Source of the DNA: Bugula neritina
Taxonomy: Eukaryota; Animalia; Bryozoa
DNA: 64,000 bases
Reading direction: 5' to 3'
NCBI GenBank assembly: GCA_964035545.1
Contig: OZ037767.1
Location: 7,512,581-7,576,580 of the forward strand
Both the position numbers and the translations under genes were made by a program. Of this stretch, positions 55,801-64,000 are shown piece after piece. The notes under the pieces were generated by a model that saw only the letters and a list, made by a program, of their open reading frames with translations, had not been told where the DNA came from and searched no databases. Position 1 is the stretch's first letter. Every line of letters begins with the position of its first letter.

Positions 55801-58800
55801 GACCCTATAGAAGAGGAAACTCTGACTCCATGCTTGTAAATAAACACAAATAAAATAAAATGGTTTCATCTTTCATTCCTTTTGTTTGTGAATTTTTTTC
55901 AACAAAGTCTGCTTTGGAAATCAAAAGTAAGAATTTGTGTAAATTGGTGGCGCAATTGATCTATTATATTTACAATATTTGTATTGCTTGATAAATTAAT
56001 GACTTGTAATGCATGCAGCTGTTAAATAGACAAAGGTAGAGGTTGATAATTATAATGAATGAGTAATTACTATAAGATCTTTGATGAATTCACTTAATTG
56101 TGATATAACTGCCTCATATTGCACAATTAAGTTTTTTAAAGTGTAACAAATTTGCAGTTGGAAGTTACTAATAAAAAATCTTACTAATACTTTCAAAGAT
56201 GGACTTAACATGTTTGATTGCCGTTACACATGCAGATTATTTCTGTTTTTTAGACCTTGGCATACTAGGCTAATGTACACAAAAAGTATACAAAACAGCA
56301 TTTTACTGAATGGCATTAGCAAGGATGAAATTTCTTTTAGATGCAATTGTTTTGAGCAGCAGTCACATTACGTTATCAGTTTAGCTTAAGAAGTTTATGA
56401 CTCATAAAATTATTGGTCTAGAAAAACCAGCTGCAACTTTTTATAATATAAAACTAAATTTGTTCCATTATTTTTAAAATTGAAGCTAAATAATTAAAGA
56501 GCATTTGATATTTTTTATAAAAAAAAGATGGATTATTGACTGACATAAAATGACGGCATAAAAATTTTACAGTTCTATTGGTAAACTTCCCAAATGTTTC
56601 TTGAGACTAAAATAAACCTTAAAGACATAAGTTAGAATTTTTTTAATCAGTTCTTAAAGCATTATTCAAAAATTATTAAATCATAATATTTTTTTAGTAA
56701 ATATACATATTGGCTTGTTAAAATTTCATACTTTTGCTTACATCTTTCAGCTTTGTATATTTTAGCATTTCACAACTTTTTAATACTGGTTTAAAAAAAT
56801 CTTGAAAAATAAAATATTTCCCATTCAAAGTATGTTGACATGAAACTAATCTAAACAGTAGGATATGCCATTTGCATGATTAATTTTCAGAGTCATTTCT
56901 AATAAGCGACTTCAATAATTATATTATCTATATCTTTACCTCCTGTACGTCCCATACAGGTGTCGCAAAGAATGGATTAATGTCTATAAACATTGTTAAA
57001 GAAGTCATAGAAAAAATACACACATTTACATACTACAGTGCAATGGTTATATGTTGTGACTAATAATGTAAAACAAAACATTTTATTGAATTTTTGTAAA
57101 ATAAATAATATTCATAGTTAGCACTTTACCCATGATTGTAAACTACCACTACTTTTTGTATAAAAATCACATCGCAATATATAATGCATATAGAATCTTA
57201 TTAATCAAGCATATTAAGTTTCTCGTAGTTGATGTTTCTTTCAAACTTTGACTTTTTGCTGCAAGTATTCAAGCTAATTTGTTGAATTTTACAAAATATG
57301 CATCACTGATAATCAAATTGCGCTGTTTTAGGTCAGAAGATACTCCAACTCTTAGTCGGCGAAAAAGGATTCTCAGGAATTTCTTGTTAGTTGATGTTTA
57401 TTAGTCTAATGATGTTTTGCATAAACTGTTTTTTAATTTTTAAACATAAAACCAAACATTTATTTTAGGTTTCATTAAATGTTTTAAATCAAAATAATTT
57501 TTGAATTTTAGAGCAAATTTTAATCATTAGATTGCTGGGCTAAAAAATTTCTAATCAAAATGTGAAAATATTAATTACTTAAGCAGCAGAATTATGATAA
57601 GTGTTGATAATTAGTAAGATATGTGATTTAGTCACCCTCGAGAGACTGGCTTTCCCACATTACATGGAAACTCTAGTCGAGCAAGAAATCTGGTGTCATC
57701 TGGGTAAGTCAAGTATAGTTGGGTGAAGTTTAAAAGCTTTGGCTTTTATAAAAAAACTAGAACAGAAAATTATTATTTAAAAATGTATGATTATTGCACA
57801 ATAAGGTACTCAAAACTGTTTTATACTTACTTTTATATACTTATATTTTTATATGGCTTATTTTATGCCTTATATTACATCAAAGCATAAAATTTCTATT
57901 GAGCAAATACATAAATGTTTTGTTAAGAAGTAGATTAAAGAAGTAAGTAAATAACATAGTCTTCTATTGTCAATAAATTTAATTGTTCTGAGCTGACTTT
58001 CTAGTAGTAATTAATGCATATATTTTTAGGCTCTCTACATGTTGTTTACATGTCGTCTGCACCAAGAGATGTGCAATTTCTATTTTTAAACAATTTAGCC
58101 TATAATAAGCTTTTTCAATACATGAAAACATTATAGGGCGGCAATTCAATGGTATCAAATAATACAGCAAAACATATCATATATTATGTATATCATGTAT
58201 AATATTTACATTATGTAACACAGATCAATGCTTGAGCCATTCGAACAGTCCCTCAGACTGTTTTCACCAAGACCCCCGCCTTACAAGAAACAAGATGATG
58301 TCCCAGCAGTCATTTTTTCTGACGAACCACCAAGCGACTTGAAGTCATGCTTGTGAGTAAATGAGCATTCAATATACACTGTATTTGCTTTATCTGCTAA
58401 ATTAGGCTGTTTTCATTTACCTGCTTTAATAAACATAAATGTTTTAGTAATCTGTGTGTTACACAAAACTGTTCCTCTGAAACTAGTGTATATGTAGGAT
58501 GAATTATAGAGTACTTCTCATTTTGTATTGCAAAGGTGGATCGTGCAAACAAATTAGCAGTTAATTTAACATACTGAAGTACTTTCCGAGTATGACTTTA
58601 AACTTTTTTAATAATGCTCCTACTATTACTGTAAAATTATAAACCACCCTTTTTGTTCAATTGTGCTCAAGTGCAAAAATAATCAATTTTACCAGTTTTC
58701 AAACCTATTTGACACTTTGAAAAATCAAAATGTATACCACAATTCTATTAGCTTTTTATGATGAGCCTATTAAAACTTAGTTTCTTTTAAAAAGATTATT

Positions 58801-60823
58801 AATTTTTTTATTATTCACATAAAAAGCTATATCAATGAATAGTATAACAAATTTTTCAATTAAACTATTTATAAGTTTTTGAACTTTAGTTAAACAATAA
58901 GTTTAGACCCAAAAAGTTAAAAGCAAAACTTGTTATTTTTGAATTTGTTGCAATAAATTTACTTGTTTGTACAATTTGTTTTTTATCCTTTTTGCTTTAT
59001 GTAGCAAGAAAATATAAAATTATGTCGCATAAAAATCAGAAAATAAAAAATAAAAGTGTTTAGTAACTATTATTTTCACTACCTGGCTTTTGATGGGAAA
59101 TAATTTGATTGCATTTTGAAATGTTTTATATTGACTTTGTTCAGTAAAGGCTTCAGATTACTAATAAATAACATAATATGTTTAGCAAAAATAATTTTAC
59201 TTTATGATTTTTTTGTTTTTTGCATTTAAAAATAAGTTACTGCTTATAAGTAACATGAAAATTGGAAGAAATTCATCGTCTTAACAATTGCATTTTATTT
59301 ATATTGTACCAAATTGTATAGTGTTTTTGGTTTTAGATCAAAACCAAAAACTCGCTACGGCTTCAACAAGAAAAGAGTTTCTTTTGAAACACCACTCACA
59401 ACTGAATTTCTGATGTGAGTATTTTATAATAATATGATAAACAATATACATTAAGTAAAATATTTTAAAACAACTATAGAGTGAAACTTTTGTATTATTG
59501 TACCAAATTTTTATCAATATATAAAAAAGGAGCAATTTTTACACAGTGACACAGTAAGTGACATTTTCAACAGAGCTTTTAGCATTTATTACTGCATAGT
59601 TATTTAAAGTTTGCATAAAGATGCTGCACATAGCAAAAGCATCTAATCTGACATGGCCCATTTTTAAAAAAAAAATCATGCATATTTGTACATTTGCCTC
59701 TTGTTCTGATGCCTCTTTCCAGTAGTTCTACTTCAAAATACATACTGATGGTTTTTACATAAACTTAAACTTGATTGTATATGGTAGCAATAGTGACTTT
59801 ACCACTCAATATATATACATTATACAGAAGTCCTAGAGAGAGCTATCCTTGGCTCAGATCATACAGCGATATGAACAGCAGAGAACCAGATCTTGTTGAA
59901 GATGAGACACAGGGGAGCTCTACAAAACCCAAGTAAGTGCTATTTACAACTATTACTAGACTCTAAGTCTAAAGGAACCATTATTTGCAATGATTTGCTC
60001 AACATTATTTAAAGTAGACAATGCCAACATATATAAGATATAGTTATTATCACACACATGTATTTGCACACCACACGCACACACGCACACGCACACACAC
60101 ATGCACACACACGCGCACACACGCACGCACACACATGCACACACACACACACACATGCACACACACGTACACACACACGCGCACACACGCGCACACACAC
60201 GCACACACACGTGCACACACGCACTTGCACGCACACACACGCACACACATGCGCACACACATGCACACACACGTGCACACATGCACACAAGGAATAACAC
60301 TATTAATAAAATACTGTTTGTACTGTAGGATTGAAGACCTCTACACTCTACCACCAGTTGTGGTTCCACCAAGATTCCGACATGTCAAGTAAGTAAACAG
60401 TAACTGATGGTTTGCATAATTTTATTTGTCTTCTCTGTCATATCTATTAGCTGCTTGTTGTGTTTAATTTTATCAGAAAATAACATTGATATATATTTGC
60501 AGTGTTGAAAACAACCCGTCAGCTGAGACTACTAGCTTCAAGCCTGGAAAAGTCCCTAAAGGAAAACTTAAACCAATAAAGTTGGAAAATCAGTGAGTTA
60601 TAAAATATAAAATGCAACACCAGCCAATCTAGATTTATACCTCTTTACTGATAACGTTATAATATATACAATTCTGTAAAATTTTATGAGAATAACTGTT
60701 GATATTGGTATCACACTGCATGAAATAAATATTTCTTCAACTTTGTCTACCAACAGGATTGAGCAGTTAAAGTCAGCTACACCTTTGCCACCTATAACTT
60801 CTAGAAGGAGATATTATGAGTAA
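49821..60823 (+). CDS. Uncharacterised low-complexity, probably disordered protein (paralogue B), about 484 aa, 18 small exons
   Basis: Exons 49821-49834, 50108-50170, 50289-50390, 52628-52687, 53281-53385, 53839-53901, 54214-54321, 54894-54947, 55372-55467, 55701-55835, 57332-57385, 57632-57703, 58224-58352, 59337-59414, 59828-59932, 60329-60388, 60503-60592 and 60757-60823. All are GT-AG, phase 2 and stop-free when joined. The last exon could instead splice onward (GA|GTAACT). Confidence 0.75.
60050..60289. repeat. Degenerate (CA/CG)n microsatellite
   Basis: CACACGCACAC-type run in an intron. Confidence 0.93.
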
Positions 60824-61350
60824 CTTAATGACTCATCTGAAGTTCAAAGTGAGTGTAATATCAAACACTAGCTGTTTACATAAGCATGTAACTGGCGGAG
60901 GTTATAGTGAAAATATTTAAGAGAAGTAACTTATACTTTTAGAGAACAAAGTAGTGGGTGTCAGAGAAGTTATGATAGTTGGGTCCTGTAATGACAATTT
61001 GGTCATAGAAGTAGATAGAGGAATGACAAGCTAACTACTAGTTTTGGAATGTGGAGATAACTTCTACTAGATGTGAGCGGCATACATATACACTGGAGGC
61101 GCATGCTACCCATTCTACATCCAACTTTTACTGTCTTGCTGTCAGTTCAGAGGTATAGCTAGGCCAGTACTCTATGATGAGGCACCATTGAGTGTTTAAA
61201 CTACGGTTTAAACTATAGCAATTAGCTAAAGTACTTTTGAAATTTTATTGTAACATAGATTTTAGTTTTAACTTTTGTGTCTGTTTGCGATCCCTCAAAT
61301 CACATGTTTTATCTTATCATTTTACTGTTTTGTTGAATTGTCACTGATGT

Positions 61351-61902
61351 ATCCCTAAACCCTAAAACCCTTACCCTACCCTCTACCCCTACCCTTGGCC
61401 TACCCTCTACTCCTTTCCTTGCCTTACCTTCTACCCTTGTTCTAGCCTTTACTCTTTTCCCTTACTCTACCTGTATCCTCTTCCTACTCTCTTACCCTTG
61501 CTCCACTCTCTACCCTGTTCCAACCCTCCACTCTAAACTTTACTCTATCTCTACTCTTACCCTTGCCCCACCCTTGTATCCTACCTTTGCTCTACCCTCT
61601 ACTTTTACCTCTACCCCCACTCTTACCCTTGCTTTACCCTTACCCTCTACCCTACCCTCTACTCTTACCCTTGCTCTACCCTCTACCCCTACCCTTACCT
61701 TTGCTTTACCCTCTACCTCTACCCTTACCCTCTACCCCTACCCTCTACTCTTACCCTTGCCCTACCCTCTACCCCTACCCTTACCCTTGCTCTACCCTCT
61801 ACCCCTACCCTTACCCTTGCTCTACCCTCTACTCTCTATCCTTGCTCTACCATCTACCTCTACCCTCCTCCTACCTTCTAATTTTACCCTTGCCAACCCC
61901 TA
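61351..61902. repeat. Degenerate C-rich hexamer satellite (TACCCT/TTACCC)n
   Basis: Directly visible. Source of the PLPL/YPYP ORFs. Confidence 0.9.
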
Positions 61903-62454
61903 ACAGCACGGCCTCCATTTTGACTCATTGTTTTACAAAAAATTAGGTGAGTCATGTCTACAAGCAAAGCCGTAACTGTAAATGGGAAGGTTTTCCACTC
62001 ATAAAATATAGCTCTCTACTAACAAAGATTTTGCATGTTGCAGACCCTTAAAGGGTTTGTGTTTAAATATTATGCATGTCTTATGCATGTAATAAAAACA
62101 GAAGTAGGTAGTAAGGATGTTTAATTTAATAATTTAAGTTACATAATATCTTATAATTAGGATAAAAATGCATGTGCTATACTATGCATGACCATGCTAC
62201 AGTCATTGTCTTTAAACAGAAATTTGATTTAAAAAAATTTCCCAGCAATGAGTGGGAGGTAATCGATGCTACCAATATGTAACAACAAAGTTGTGTAGTA
62301 AAAGCTCTTCATGATTATACAACTTGTCTGATTTGAGTTTGAAGCCTGCTAATTCATTGACTTAAAAATATTTTATTGGATAAATATAGATTGCAAGCAA
62401 TATAAAAAATTAATTGATCTTTATGCAGAATGTAACCAAAGCTTCAACAGCTCC

Positions 62455-62782
62455 TAGTATCAATACTAACCTTTTCAGACTGAATGCTACTGAAAAGCTG
62501 TTTTTCCAGTGGTGAGGGCCAGCTTGAGCTGGGGGCCACAGCATCAGTATACTTCCAATACTTTATTCCAAACTCTCATGAATCATTACACAATTAAATT
62601 CCAATTATTACTGCAGGCTGCATGTTTTATAGCATGCTTAGAATTAAGATATTTAAAAGGTGGTTTTTTCACTTTATTTCATGTATATGTGTAAAAACTA
62701 GTTTTAGCTTTATGCCTTCGAGGGCCACAGAAATGTAAGCTGGGGGCTACATCTGGTCTGGGCCGCCTGTTGGACAGCCCTA
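62455..62782. mobile_element. Possible degenerate hAT-type non-autonomous element
   Basis: GGGCCA subterminal motifs at both ends and right end TTGGACAGCCCT resembling hAT termini; left TIR and TSD not clear. Confidence 0.35.
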
Positions 62783-63372
62783 CTCTAAAACTTTAGTAAT
62801 AATGTGATCACCATCAAAGATAGCTCATAGGACCTTGGGTCTATTTCTCAAAATATGTTTTCTGCATATATCAAGTCTTGCTGTGCTAAAATTTATATTG
62901 GTTACACACTGTATTCACGCAAAAAGCTGGCAAATTATTGTGCAAACTTGAGATTGGTAGGAGGGCTAACTGTGAAATCAACTAGGCACTATAGCTCAAA
63001 CAGATTTTTAGTATAACGAAAAAGCAAAAACGTGAATCAATAAATGCACTACTAATCATAAAAGCTTTAATCTTAAATGCAGCTGATATTGAGAAGAATT
63101 TCCTAGAAGTCCCTATGCTAACAGCTTGAGCACAAATTATGCAAATTGATGAGTGGAAAATAAAGATGGTGGTAGTAGTAATGTATCTCCAAACATGGAA
63201 AATATTAAGAACATTTTATATGAATTGCATTTGTTCTGTTGATATAGTGTATATGTATTTATAGGTGCAATATATAGGTTGTGAAATATATTTTGTTACA
63301 AATGATGTCAAAGTTCAGTAGCTATAGTGCCTAGTTGAAATTTCCAGCAAAGATAATCGATATTTATTAACA

Positions 63373-63995
63373 TTCTACTAACACACTAGCTACTAATATA
63401 CTACTAATATACTACTAATATACTACTAATATACTACTAATATACTACTAATATATTACTCACATACTACTAATATACTACTAATATACTACTCACTGAC
63501 TACTAATATACTACTAATATACTACTAATATATTACTCACATACTACTAATATACTACTAATATACTACTCACTGACTACTAATATACTACTAATATACT
63601 ACTCACATACTACTAATATACTACTCACATACTACTCACATACTACTAATATACTACTAATATACTACTCACTGACTACTAATATACTACTAATATACTA
63701 CTCACTAGCTACTAATATACTACTAATATGTTACTAATATATTACTCACATACTACTAATATACTACTAATATACTACTAATATACTACTAATATACTAC
63801 TGATTTACTACTAATATACTACTAGTATACTACTCACTGACTACTAGTATACTACTCACTGACTACTAATATACTACTCACTGACTACTAATATACTACT
63901 AATGTACTACTCACATACTGCTAATATACTACTTTATACATACTACTAATATACTATCAATATACTACTCACTGACTACTGATATACTATTATTA
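63373..63995. repeat. 11-bp ACTAATATACT minisatellite
   Basis: More than 50 units with ACTCACATACT/ACTCACTGACT variants, running to the window end. Confidence 0.95.
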
Positions 63996-64000
63996 TAACT

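Noticed and set aside
61351-61902. Interstitial telomeric repeat
   Set aside because: Only a few CCCTAA-like units; the bulk is TACCCT/TTACCC/TTGCTC, not a canonical telomere array.

Overview
AT-rich, intron-containing animal DNA (probably an invertebrate; the species cannot be read from the sequence). I reconstructed five spliced protein-coding genes by hand from GT-AG junctions with consistent reading frame. (1) The 3' four exons of an unknown all-helical protein, possibly a divergent Bcl-2 fold (2872-5560 +). (2) A 21-exon secreted reprolysin/ADAMTS-type zinc metalloprotease of about 1107 aa, with an unusual LDLa-LDLa-CUB-mucin-Cys-rich-MAM-like tail, no TSP1 repeat and Leu at the Met-turn (6816-22087 +). 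(3, 4) Two diverged tandem paralogues of an unrecognised low-complexity protein family in which every intron is phase 2 (23540-34415 + and 49821-60823 +). One carries about 34 tandem (L/V)KLE-R/K-SP units; the other carries an internally duplicated exon set and a KKRVSF (RVxF-type) motif. (5) A small secreted two-TSP1 protein (43615-45055 -). Repeats include a 5'-truncated Ty3/Gypsy remnant with its 3' LTR, a LINE remnant interrupted by a MITE, six tRNA-derived SINE copies, and many micro- and minisatellites. These satellites account for most long ORFs in the track. No rRNA, intact tRNA or CRISPR array was found. All gene models are manual and need transcript confirmation.
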